DNA from: Heteronotia binoei
Taxonomy: Eukaryota
NCBI RefSeq assembly: GCF_032191835.1
Contig: NC_083237.1
Span: 48,918,001-48,982,000 of the forward strand
Reading direction: 5' to 3'
Length of the DNA: 64,000 nt
Below are positions 38,901-51,600 of the stretch, one piece after another; positions within the stretch are counted from its first letter, which is position 1, and every line of letters starts with the position of its first letter. The notes under the pieces were generated by a model. It ran no database searches, was not told where the DNA came from, and was given only the letters and a program-made list of their open reading frames with translations. The position numbers and the translations under genes are program-made.

Positions 38901-41900
38901 ATCCAGCCGACGGGGTAGTGGGGGCTTCAAGTGCCACACAATGTGTGTGAAAGAGCCACATGTGGCTCTCAAGCCACAGTTTGGCCACCCCTGCTCTAAG
39001 CTGAGTTAGTTCACAGTTTTTTAGCCTCTGACTTACACATTTTTGTCTTCGCTTAGAAAAAAATGGCCCCAGAGCAAGCTGATTTACACAGTAGCTCACA
39101 GCTTTAATGCCAGTAGCTCACAAAGTAGCATTTTTGCTCACAAGACTCCACAGTTTAGAGGCGGTATCGGCCAGGATCGTCACACTTCCTCCAGGCTGGG
39201 GGACGGACTCCTTTGCTTTCTGATAGGAATCTAGCTGCCGTTGCGGTGGGCTTTTGTCATTCCAGCCCTATCCGAGTTTCACTCAGAGTATCTGCAATGG
39301 TGTGAACATCACCAAGTATCTGCAATGGTGTGAACATCACCAAGCTTGAGCTCTCAGACAGACTGGGGCGGGTTCTCCCCCTGTCCAGCCACTTCACTGA
39401 GCAGAGTATGTTTAAATATTGATACCCGACTTTTCCTTTTGGCTAATGTTGGAAGCCTTTCTCCAATGTAAATAGAGCCACTTAAAGTGGAAGAGAATCC
39501 TCCAGCTAATTGGAAGGTGGTTGGCTCCACCCCACTGCATTTGTATGTGTGTTTTTAAAATCCAGTTTAGTTTATTGCTCCTGAGCCTGTCCTTCTGGGC
39601 ACTGAAGTGCATTTCTTCTTCCCTCAGTAGAAGGAGCCCTACAGCTGCAGTATGAAACTTAGGTCTGACAAAGGGAATGCTTGTTAGGGCTGCCAGATCC
39701 AACTCAGGAAATATCTGGGGACTTTGGGGGTGGAGCCAGGAGCAAGGGTGTGACAAGCATGATTGAACGCCAAAGGGAGTTCTGGCCGACACATTTAAAG
39801 GGACCGTGCTCCTTTTAAATGCCTCTTCGTTGGAAATAATGGAGGATGGGGGCACCTTTCTGGGGGGCTCATAGAACTGAACCCCCTGGTCCAATATTTT
39901 TGAAACTTGGGGGGTGGGTTTGAGGAGAGGCACCAGATGTTATGTTGAAAATGTGCCTCTACCTCAAAAAACAGGGAGCTCCCAGATACCCACAGATTCC
40001 CACAGATTGATTCTGCATTATATAGTTTATGAGGACCGGACTTCATCGAGCAGGGATATCAAGCTCATTTGTTATGTGGGCCAGATCTGATATAAATGCA
40101 CCCAGGCCAGGTGTGTACCCAGAGCCAGTTTGGTGTAGCGGTCAAGTGTGCAGACTCTTATCTGGGAGAACCGGGTTTGATTCCCCCCTCCTCCACTTGC
40201 AGCTGCTGGAATGGCCTTGGGGCCATAGCTGCCACAGAGGTTGACCTTGAAAGGGCAGCTTCTGAGAGAGCTCTCTCAGCTCCACCCACCTCTTAGGGTG
40301 TTTGTTTTGGAGGAGGAAGATAAAGGAGATTGTGAGCCACTCTGAGTGGAGGGTGGAATATAAATCCTATGTTGTCTTCTTCTATTTAAGATTAGGTAGC
40401 AGAGATATAAACTTTTTAAAGGGCGCAGACAAACATGACTATAAAACATACACCTTAAAAAAGAACATGCTTAAAACATTAGCATTTGCTGGCCTTAAAG
40501 GTGCTTTCTTTGTATTTCTCCCATGGGAACCAGAGAACTGAGCAAAGGAAGCTTTGAGGTTTTGCTCTGTAGTCCTGTACAATTGAGCAAGCCGTGTAAA
40601 GCAAACTGAGATGAAGAAGGAAGCAAGAGAGAGGGAGAAGGAAGCAGACAAGAGCTAGTTGCTCGGGGGGGGGGGTGGCGGCTGATAGGGCCTTCTGAGG
40701 GCCTGATTCAGCCCCAGGCCACGTGTTTGACACCCCTGCCATAGAGTATAATGGAGTGCCCAGTGGACATTCCCCCCCCCACACACACACACACACTTTC
40801 TGATAACCCTGAAGCAGGAGGAGGGTCTCCAAAAAAGGGGATTTCTACTTGCCCCTATCTGGGAATTGGCAACCCTATTAAGTTGACAATTTTGTTAGTC
40901 TCTACAGTGCCGCTGAAACTGAATCTAACACATCTTAGGTTGAGCTTTCTCTTCCCTTAAGGGTCTGTCCCGGCCACTCAATAGGTGTCTTAGGCAAAGA
41001 CAACGCGGTCGTCTACTGTATCAAAGCTAAAATGCAAGAACAAAAGCCTGCGTGGGGTAGTGAGGAGGCTCTGGGAGGGAAGTGATTTTGTGGCAGGCCC
41101 GCAGTCTCAGCCCGACCTGCCTCACCAGGGCTGTTGTGAAGGTAAAACGGACAAAGGGAGAATCTTGTAAATCTGCTTGGGTCCCATTGGGGAGGGGGAA
41201 AGTGGGGCATAAGGGAAGTAAGTAAACCATACATTTTATTAGGACCAACCAAAATGACCCAAAACTGTAAGTTTTCCAGTTCTCCAGAACTCTTCATGAG
41301 GTTGGATGTTCAAAAGAGGATATTGGATTTCTATCCCGCCCTCCACTCAGAGTCTCAGAGCGGCTTACAATCTCCTTTACCTTCCTCCCCCACAACAGAC
41401 ACCCTGTGAGGTGGGTGGGGCTGGAGAGCGCTCTCACAGCAGCTGCCCTTTCAAAGACAACCTCTGCCAGAGCTATGGCTGACCCAGGGCCATGCTAGCA
41501 GGTGCAAATGGAGAAGTGGGGAATCAAACCCGGTTCTCCCAGGTAAGAGTCTGCACACTTAACCATGGGGGGGGGAAACCCAGGTGTTTCAGGCCCTGAT
41601 CTCTTAAGGCTGTTTTATGCACCTTGAAAGTAATTGATGAGGAGTATCCAAAACCACTCTGAAGTCCTATAAATAGCGGGGATTTGTACAGGACCGATCC
41701 TATGGGAGAGAGGAAGAACCACAGGATAGCTTGGGTGTTTGACAGTCAAACACGGTTTTGTTTTGTGTGTAGATTGTCTAGAATTCTCCAAGTTTGCCCT
41801 GTGTGTGGGTGTGTTCCTTTCCCTGAGGGTGCTAGATAGCTTGGTGGTCACTACTCTGAGTGAAGAACTTTGTATGCATCTACATATTGTTTGAGTTGCG

Positions 41901-44479
41901 ACGGTGTTTTGAAAGCACATCGACCATGTTTATTTCCAAACATTCTTGCACAGTCAGTTTCTGCCAGTTTGCAGCAGAAACCAGCTGTGCACAGCACTGA
42001 CTGGCTGCTTTCCATACCACTACTAACCCAGGCTCTACCTCCACTTCATAGCAATTTTGCCACTCTTTCAAAATTGGCAGGAAGCCCCACCCCCAGAGGA
42101 TCATGTGCCTTTGCACCTCCGGAGGCTTCAGTCTCCAATTGAAAGGCTTCCTCTTGGGATGGGGTGTCTGTGTTACTTTGAAGAAGTTGGCAGCAATTCC
42201 TGAGTAGAGAGGCCAATCCCTCGTTTCAGTCGCCAGAAATGGGGGGAGGGGGGAGAGGGAGGGAAACATCTGCTGAGCACTTCATTATTCCCTATGTGGA
42301 GATCAATTCTCATAGAATATAATGGGGACTTGATCTGGAGGTTTCGGAGGAGCTGTTCTTTTAGTATAGTATCACTATAGTATCTTTTTTTCAATATAGT
42401 ATCTAGTGCCTCTCCCCAAAGTACCCCCCAAGGTTCAAAATGATTGGACCAGGGGGTCCAATTCTATGAGCCCCAAAAGAAGGTGCCCCTATCCTTCATT
42501 ATTTCCTATGGAAGGAAGACATTTTAAAAGGTGTGCTGTCCCTTTAAATGTGATGGCCAGAACTCCCTTGGAGTTCAAATATGCTTGTCACACCCTTGTT
42601 CCTGGCTCCACCCCAATGTCTCCCGGCTCCACCCCCAAAGTCCCCAGATATTTCTTGAATTGGACTTTGCAACCCTGTATGCTAAGTATGCTAATGAGCT
42701 CCACCACCTATTTTTCTACAAAACGACCCCTGCATATCTAAATAAATCCATGTTTAGTTTTCTTGCCCATTCTCTTACAGCAGAATTTCTCTTTCTGACC
42801 ACAAGAGGTCAGCAGAACATAGGAAGAAATTTTCCATTTTACACTTGAGTATTTGCACAGACAACCAAATCGACATTACTGAATCAACAGTCATGCATGT
42901 GGGTTTATCTAATTCTAGCTGCTGAGACTGCATAATTTAGACAGGTGTGGCATTCCAGCTCTGTTAAATGCAGCCCTCAGGATTTAATTTTTTTGTTAAC
43001 CTGTGCCTGCCAGTGAATGGTTAGAGTGCTATACTATAATTTGGGAGACGTGGATTTATATCCCATATTGCCATGGAGACTTGCAGGGTGAACTTGGGCC
43101 AGTCTCACACTCTCAGCCTAATCTACCTCACAAGGTTGTTGTGAGGGTGAAACGGAGAAAAGGAGAATGTTTGGGGACTTCATTGGGGTGGAAAATGAAA
43201 GTAAATTGAGCAGATAAAGTTAGTGGTTCTACGTCTGTCTGTCGTGTTTGTATCTTGTCCTTCCTCCAAGGAGGTTAGGGCAGCATATAAATGCTCTTCC
43301 TTTCCTTATTATATTCTCACAAAGAACCTTGTGAGGTAGGTTAGGCTGCCCCAAAGCCATCCAGTGAACTTTGTGTAGGGTTGTGAATTCTGAGTTTTAC
43401 AAATGTTATACCTTCTCTTTTGAGTATCGTAAACAGACAATTGTGTCATTTCCTAACATGGGGGAAAGGGTATAAGAGATGGAAGGACGATTATGGGTGA
43501 GGGAGAGAGAGGTCTAAGAAGGAAGGGGGTGAGGATTATGGGTGAGGATAATGTTCTCAGCAGGAAAAGTGTGAACACTGGGGGGAGATAATGCTTCTTT
43601 CTCTTCTCCAGTCCTTATCTTGAAAGATCTCTTCCCTTCTCTTTAGCTATAGCTTGTCAACTCCAGAAGGGCTGTGGCTCAGTGGTAGAGCTTCTGTTTT
43701 GCATGCAAAAGGTCCCAAGTTCAATCCCCGGTACTTCTAGTTCCAAGGGATCAGGTGATGAGGAAGACCTTGAGCCAAGATCCTGGAGATCGGTCACCAG
43801 TCAGAGTATTGTGCTAGATGGACCTATGGTCTGACTTGGTCTAAGACAATTTCATATCCTACCTCTGAAACTATTTCACCAGAACTTCCCAGTGATGGAG
43901 AAGGAACCCCTGGAAGATCCTCCAAATATACAGGGGTTCTCTTAGAAACCCTAACTCTGATTTACTCCACTGCTCATGAGACTTGTTGAAAAGACGTAGG
44001 CAGGGCTTTTTTTGAGCAGGAACGCAGTTCTGGTCGGCTTGCCTTCAGGGGTGTGTGGCCTAATATGCAAATGATTCCTGTTGGGCTTTTTTTGTAGAAA
44101 AAAGCCCAACAGGAATCATTTGCATATTAGGCCACACACCCCTGTGTGAAACAATGGTGACATCAGGGGGTATGGCCTAATATGCACATGAGTTCCTGCT
44201 GGGCTTTTTCTAAAAAAAAAAAAGCCCTGGATGTAGGAAAGGAATGTTGTATAGAGGTGCCCCTGGCAGTAGCAATTCTCAGGTGTCCAGCAGCAATGTT
44301 GGGTGCGTTCCTTTTTCCTAGCGTAGAAAAGACATAAAAGGGCAGATCAGGCTCCGCCAAGTTTTGTCCACAAAACAATGACGACTTATGGTTTGTTTGG
44401 CAGCCAAGAGGCCTTTATGCAGAGAGAGTGTCGCACACGGGCCAGTGTACCGTGGTGGCCACTAAAGCCTTGATTGAAG

Positions 44480-44524
44480 ATGAAAAGGTGCTTCGAAGGT
44501 GTCGGGCTGGGATGCCTTCTCAAG
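44480..44524 (+). CDS. PHOSPHO1: PHOSPHO1 first coding exon (MKRCFEGVGLGCLLK); exon probably starts at 44404
   Basis: 45 coding nt then AAG|gtgagc; acceptor tttgtttggcag|44404; resembles the short first coding exon of bird PHOSPHO1 as I recall it (MKRCCEGVGLPCLFK). Confidence 0.85.
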
Positions 44525-45830
44525 GTGAGCACAATTCTTGGCCAACGGGGTTGTTGCAAAGCAGAATCTCCAGCCACGCTCCTTGGGGTCCAAAGGGACT
44601 CAAACATACAGCTTCATAGGTTAAAGTCAGAACTGCCTCAGCACTGTGGCCTATTGGTTGTTTCCTTAGTTATTTTGCTACCCACACCATCTTGGCCACA
44701 CCTATGTCCCTCGCCATTGGTTGGCATTCCTCGTTTCTGATTGGTGGGCTGAATATATATAAGGTCATGTCCCAACATGAACCAGGTACTTAAACCAGTT
44801 AAGAAATGTAGAGGAACCGGGCAGTCTGGTGTGACAGAAATTCTGTCCAACGCTGAGTCGGTTTGTCTCCTGATGCTGCAAATAGAGTTGCCAACCTCCC
44901 AGAGGTGGCTGGAGATCTCCTGGGATTACAACTGATCTCCAGGTGACAAGAGATCAGTTCCCCTGGAGAAAATGTCTGCTTTAGAAGGTTGACTACATGA
45001 CATTAGAGCCAATTGAAGCACTCTCCCCTCCCCACACCCTGCCCTCCTCAGATGCCATCCCCCAAATCTCCAAGAAATTTCCCAACACAGAACTGGCAAT
45101 TATAACTGCAACAAAATCTATAATTATAAAGACTGTTGTGGGGTGGAATTCTAACAGGAGCTCCTTTGCATATTAGGCCACACACCTCTGATGTAGCCAA
45201 TCCTCCAAGAGCTTACAAGGCTCTTTTTTGTAAGCTCTTAGAGGATTGGCTACATTAGGAGTGTGTGGCCTGATATGCAAAGGAGCTCCTGCTAGAATTC
45301 CACCCCTGGGCTATTGCCTTTTTTCTTTGAACCGACAGCTGAACATCTTAGGAAGTCAAATTCCAACCAGGCTTCTTATCCAGATACCGGTAATTGCATG
45401 GAATTTTTTTTTTAAAATCCCTGTGATGTAATCCCCACCTTTCCCTCCCCAAACCTTCAGTGCATTCTGAAATTCTCTTGTCTCACACCACTGTCCTTTG
45501 GGGATGCTGACGTGGAAGTTTCAAGGCCGGTAATGGTCCTGTTCGCAAAAGAGCATGACCGGGCTTAAGAAAGACGCAAAGCCTGATCTCTCTTACCGCT
45601 GCTAAGCTTCTTACGGTCAGAGTTGAAGATATATGAAGAAAAGATTAAGGTCCCAGCTGAGCTTGAAGGATGCCCTAAAATGCTGTCAAGGTATACAGCT
45701 AAAGAATCCACAGTCACAATAGAATATATCAAAAAGTCAGTGTAACCAATGTAGCACACCACTGTTTATAATAAAAACCCTGTATTTCACCTGTTTATGT
45801 GTCAAGCAATTGTCTCATTAAAAAGAAAAA

Positions 45831-46124
45831 GGTAAAGGTAGACCCCTGTGCAAGCACCAGTTGTTTCTGACTCTGGGGTGACGTTGCTTTCATAATGTTT
45901 TCATGGCAGACTTTTTATGCGGAGGTTTGCCATTGCCTTCCCCAGTCATCTACACTTTCCCCCCAGTAAGTTGGTACTCATTTTACTGACCTCGGAAGGA
46001 TGGAAGGCTGAGTCAACCTCAAGCTGGCTACCTGAACCCAACTTCCACCAGGATCGAACTTAGGTCCTGAGCAGAGCTTAGGACTGCAGTACTGCAGCTT
46101 TACCACTCTGCACCACAGGGCTCT
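45831..46124 (-). mobile_element. Sauria SINE (BovB-mobilised)
   Basis: (ACCTTT)n tail, BovB-like ggcaatggcaaacc segment, tRNA-like head gcagagtggtaaagctgcag. Confidence 0.8.
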
Positions 46125-47865
46125 TCATTGTCTCATATATCACGATAAATCATATTTCTATCCAGGGACATACATGTCCTATGCTTGGTACAATCAGACA
46201 AATGGAACACAAACTTTGCGCAACTGACAAAGACCTGTGGGCTTAAGCTCTTAAATTATTTAAAGCTTCTTAGAGTCCAGCAAAAGACAAGATGTTCCTA
46301 CATTACACAGACAACATCCAATGGAAGTTACATAGACATACATACATTGACGGCCTTCACTTGGAAGTTTGTGCTCCATTTTTTGACTACCAAGCATGGG
46401 ATATGTCCATGTATAGAAATATGATTTATTCTATGAAACAGTGGTATTGCTTGAGACATAAATAGGTGAAACACAGGTTTTTATTATAAGCCACAGGTGG
46501 CCAAACTGCAGCTTGGGAGCCACATGTGGTTCTTTCACACATGTGAAGCCCTCACTGCCCCATCAGCTGGCTTGGAGAAGGTGTTTTCCTCTTTAAATCA
46601 CTTCTCCAAGCCAGCCAGAAGCTCGGAGAATGCATGTAAAGTTAAAATTGCTTCCTTTCCTTCCTTGCTGCTCTCAAACGTCTGACGTTCACGTCTTGCA
46701 GCTCTCAAACATCCGACATTTATTCTCTGTGGCTCTTACATTAAGCGAGTTTGGCCACCCCTGCTATATATAGTGGTGTGCTACACAGTTTATACTGACT
46801 TTCTGACACAAAGACCCCATCAGGCAGTGTCAGTGTTTCCAAGTTGTCTGCTTGCATCGCTACAGACCCCGATTTACTCCCTGCTCGGATGGTGAAGTTT
46901 TTATTGCACCGGGGTTTCCATAAGCACGTTGGGAAGGGAAGTCGTTGATGCCCGGCAGCATCTGGCAGCTAAAGGCAGCACTCTGGAAAGCACTGCCTGA
47001 CCGCAGCAGACCTGAGAAAAGCAGGATCTGTTTCATCTCTCCAGCAATGATGAGGGTTGTTAAGGACCCAAGTCGCTACCTCCGTATGGATTCAAAGGTA
47101 GAAGCGGCACCTAGTCCACTTCACCAGCTGGGGGCACAGCTGTGAACTGAAAGGGGGACATGTGACGAGGGGGACAGATGCCCCAGCTTCCCACCATTTC
47201 CTTCCCTGTAGGTCGGGGTGGCCAAACTGCGGTTCAGGAACCACGTGGCTCTTTCATACATATTGTGTGGCTCTCAAAGCTTCCACTGCCCCATCAGCTA
47301 GCTTGGAGAATGCATTTAAAGTTGCTTTCTTTCCACCTCTCCCTCATCTTCCGTATCTATTTGTCTTCCTTTCTTCCTTGCAGCTCTCAAACATCTGATG
47401 TTTATTCTATATGGCTCTTACATTATGCAAGCACACGCTTTGCATGAAGAAGGTTATGGGCCCGTGGTAGAGCCCACACTTTGCATGAAGGTTATGAGCC
47501 CATGGTAGAGCCCACGCTTTGCATGAAGAAGGTTTCAAGTTCAGTCTCTGACCTCCCCAGTTATAAGATCTCAGCAAGCAGTGGAAAAGCTGTTTCTTGG
47601 TCTGGGACCCCAGAGAACCACCCCTCACATATGATATTGCACTGATACAGCAGCTTCTTATGTTTGTGTCTATCAAGAGAGAATTATGTGCTTCAATGTA
47701 TTTCCTAAAGCAGAGTCATCTTTTCTCCCATTTCACCCTTGAGACAAACCACCTTGTCTCTCGCCTTGTGCTGGGGTTGGGGAGGCATTGTCAATAGCAG
47801 CGGTGAACGTAGGACACTTAGGCTGTTGCTCCTGTTAATGGGTCTTGTGTCTGTTATTGATGCAG

Positions 47866-48627
47866 GATGGGAACCCGGTGGCCACGCAGTCCCCCAAATA
47901 CCTCCTCATCTTTGACTTTGACGAGACAATCATCAACGAGAACAGCGACGACTCAGTCCTCCGGGCTCTTCCTGGGAAGCAGCTCCCAGAGTCGATCCGC
48001 CAAACCTACCGAGAGGGTTTCTACAACGAGTACATGCAGAGAGTGCTAAAGTACATGGGAGACCAAGGTGTGAAGATGGCGGACTTCAAAGCCGTCTATG
48101 AGAACATCCCCCTCACTCCTGGCATGCGTGACCTCTTCCAGTCCCTTTCCCAACATCAGGATCGCTTCGAGACCATCCTCATCTCTGACGCCAACATGTT
48201 TGGGATCGAATGTGCCTTGAAGGCCACCGGGGCCTACCCCCTCTTCCGCAAAATCTTCAGTAACCCTTCCAGCTTTGACAAAAGGGGCTACTTCACCTTA
48301 GGCCCTTACCACTCGCACAACTGCCCAAGATGTCCGGCTAACATGTGCAAGCGCAAGATCCTGACAGAATACCTGGCCGAGAGGGCTCACAAGGGAGTCA
48401 GGTTTGAGAAGGTCTTCTACGTGGGGGATGGAGCCAATGACTTCTGCCCGTCTGTGACTCTGAAGACCACGGATGTGGCGTTCCCAAGAAAAGGCTACCC
48501 GATGCACCGGCTGATCCTGGAGATAGAGAAAAACCAACCTGGGAAATATCAGGCTCTGGTAGTTCCTTGGGATTCAGCTCTAGAAGTCTGGAGCTTCCTC
48601 CAAGAAGCTCTCAAGAAGAAAAATTGA
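47866..48627 (+). CDS. PHOSPHO1: PHOSPHO1 main coding exon: phosphoethanolamine/phosphocholine phosphatase (HAD superfamily)
   Basis: Acceptor ttgatgcag|GAT, phase 0; HAD motif I DFDET, motif II ISD, Lys in CKRK, motif IV GDGANDF; 253 codons to TGA, 268 aa with exon 2; position between ZNF652 and ABI3 favours PHOSPHO1 over PHOSPHO2. Confidence 0.97.
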   Translation, partial: DGNPVATQSPKYLLIFDFDETIINENSDDSVLRALPGKQLPESIRQTYREGFYNEYMQRVLKYMGDQGVKMADFKAVYENIPLTPGMRDLFQSLSQHQDRFETILISDANMFGIECALKATGAYPLFRKIFSNPSSFDKRGYFTLGPYHSHNCPRCPANMCKRKILTEYLAERAHKGVRFEKVFYVGDGANDFCPSVTLKTTDVAFPRKGYPMHRLILEIEKNQPGKYQALVVPWDSALEVWSFLQEALKKKN

Positions 48628-51600
48628 GGATGCAAGACCTGGTGTTGGAAGAAACAGCTCTGTTATCACTTTCCAAGCTGCATACCTCTCTTGTGCTTGG
48701 GGTCAATGCTGGGTTTTCTCCCTCTTGGTCTCTCAAAGCCTTTGTCTCTGGATCTTCCCTTCCTTTGGTCTTGGGATGAGGGTTCTCTATGCAGTTAGGA
48801 AATCCATTCAAAGAAGGGTGGATGGATGGATGGCCATTTTAGCTCTGTATTCATCTTTTGAAAACTTCTTTTGCTTCCAAGCTCCCTAAACTCATTCTCT
48901 CTCAAGCACATTCTCAGAAGCATTTGGGGGATCTGGGGAAGGTTTCTGCCACCACCAAAGCACTTAAGCCCCAGGGTAGGGGTTAAAATTAGTAACTTTT
49001 CCCCTCCCTCCCCCCCCCCTTGCATTTGCAGGTCTTGGTTCATCCCATCCTACAGGAGAACAGAATGTTTTGTTACTGCTCTGGAGAAGGAGAAGGGCTC
49101 AAACCTCTGGAGAAGAAAACATGGCCCAGTCACCTGTTCGGTCTGAAGATTAATTCTTTGCCTGTTGCAGGGCTCAGTTTGTGGAGAAGATGAACTGCCC
49201 AAACCCAGCTGGTTAGAAGAGAAAGCAATACTGCTGGAGGAGTGGGTGGATGGGAACTGCTCCCTAACACAATTGTGCAGGGGTGCTTTGATGCTGCTCA
49301 GGAAAAATACACAAAAGAAACACACACAAAAAAAAACCCTGGGTCAAATACTTGGCATTGGTAGGAGAAGGTCCATAGGCTACAAAGAAGCAATCTGAGA
49401 TAGGAGTGTCTGAGGAGAAGGAACTAGCTAATAAAAGAGCCCACTTAAAAGTAGACCACATGGGGAGCCTCAAGCAATAAGGGGCTGCCTTTGTTACCCT
49501 ACTTCTGTAAGGGTGTGTCCAAATTAGAGCTCTGATGTCATTGCTGTCCTGGTCGTGATCTTCCCACATTTCCCACTTGTATGCACTTCCAGCCATTGCA
49601 AACTTTTTTGCTCAATGTGTAGTATGCCTTCTCCAGTAAATTAGTGGGAGAAACCTGGTACAGAGGAACTTAAGGCTCAGTCAGACTGGTCATGTATTTC
49701 AGTCTGTCTTCAAGCTATCGACTGTAGACTCGATTTGCCTCAGGGCTCTGCACAGAATGTTGAACAGGTTTAACCATTCAACTTCCACTCTGCATTGTTG
49801 GAAACTGCCTCCCCTCTGCTCTGGTAATAGCATTTTGAGAAAGAAAAGGTGTTTTCTCCTTTTAAATGCCAATAGCGTTTATTTTAAATGCCAGTGATTT
49901 CAAATAGCTGATTATTTTAAATACCAATAGGGTGGTTTGAAATAGCAAAGACGAGCGGAGGTTAAAGGGTTAAACCCTCTTCTTTTGTGCATGGCTCCAA
50001 GGCACACTGAGGCTGTGCTAAGGTTGCCATTTCCATTGCAAAGAAAAGAGTTAGGTGTGTGGTCTTCATGCCTACACTAACCAGGGGGTCATGATGCAAA
50101 TTCATCATTTTAGAATAAAACAGATGGGGAGGGCAATCCAATCTTTTATTTTGTATCAGTTTAGCTGCTGTAGTGCGCACACACCGCTTTGAATCCTGGT
50201 GAAACTACAGAATATTCTCTCAGGTTAAACCGTGCCAATCTAAGCGGAGTTTACCTTCTTCTAAGGTAGTTCACTCCAATGGGCTTAGAAGGGTGTGATG
50301 TAGCTTAGGATGACCACTGCAAAGGTGGTGATAGGGAAAGGAGGCTATACAAGTTGGGAAGCAGACTTGAATCCAGAGCAGTTGTAGAAAAGCATCTATC
50401 TCCTTTAACAAAATACAACATCCGAGTACAAACGTGTGCCAATTGTTACCATGGGGGAGGAATGGATCTCAGGATATGACGTAGCTTTTGCCAATGCTTC
50501 ATGGTCCAGTTATCGATTGAGCCTGGCGTACCCCTTGCAGCAAAATAAAGGGTTTGGGTCAGGGTGGCAAGGGAGGTCAGAGGGGTTATATGATTTCAGA
50601 GCCAAAGCAAGGGTGGTCCCTGGGCTGCGAACCTCCAGGTGGGAACACGTGAGATGCATGGATGGCTTTTGGGGGCGAGGGAAAACCTCCATGCAGATAA
50701 ATCTCAAAATTCAATACAGAAATTAGTTATTGTATTATATAAATAATTCAAAAAACATTCACAGAAAACTACAATCGGGGAACTGAATCATAGTTCACGA
50801 GTCGTAGAACAGAGAGTCCAGTTCCAAAATCCAAATAAATATGTCCTCCTAAAATAATCCAAGTTGAAGTTCTCATAGGTGGGTATCCTCTGTTCACAAA
50901 GACATAGTGCAGATATTCATCAAAACAGATCAAACACTATGTCTTTGTGAAGAGAGGATACCCATCTATGAGAAGTTCAGCTTGGATTATTTGGGGACTT
51001 ACCTAGATGGACTTTGGAACTGGGCTCTCTGCTCTACAATTCATGAAGCATGATTCAGTTCCCTGTTTGCACAATTATTTCATATGAATGTATTGATTGT
51101 AGTTTCCTAGGAATGGTTTTTGAATTATTTATTTAATACAATAAGTAATTTCCATATTGAATTTTGAAGTTTATCTGCATGAAGGTTTTCCCTTTTCCCC
51201 CTCTAACCTCCCAGTGGGGCCTGGAGGTCTCCTGGAATTAGAACTGATCTTCAGGAAACAGAGATCAGATCCCCTGGAGAAAATAGCTACTTTGGAGGGT
51301 GAATTCTTTACCTGCTGAGGTCCCTCCCTCCTCTAAACCTTCCCTCCCCAGGCTCCACCCCCAAAATTGCAAGGTGTCTCCCAACCAAGAGAGGGCAGCC
51401 TTAGTGGACCCTTTTTTAAAAAGCATATCTGGGTGAGAGTTTCTAGCCCCTCCCCCTTTGCATGGTATTCTGGTTTTCCTGATTCTTGGGAATGATTAAT
51501 GTGAGCCCACTTTTGTGCAGCTGCAATCCTTCCTTTTCAGCCCAAAGCGGGTGGGTACATTCCCTTCTGTCACCAAAGCACTCGCCCACCTTGCGACCAC

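Noticed and set aside
43668-43740. tRNA genes at SINE heads (also 16346, 34436, 54551)
   Set aside because: A and B boxes are present, but each continues into a shared SINE body and the cloverleaf stems are broken.
47047-47150. C/D box snoRNA in PHOSPHO1 intron 2 (ATGATGA ... CTGA)
   Set aside because: No terminal stem, no recognisable rRNA or snRNA guide by eye, and such motif pairs arise by chance.
47836-47865. Long N-terminal extension from an extended exon 3 (as in the human PHOSPHO1-3a isoform)
   Set aside because: An in-frame TAA at 47836-47838 limits any extension to nine codons, and the region is the acceptor tract.
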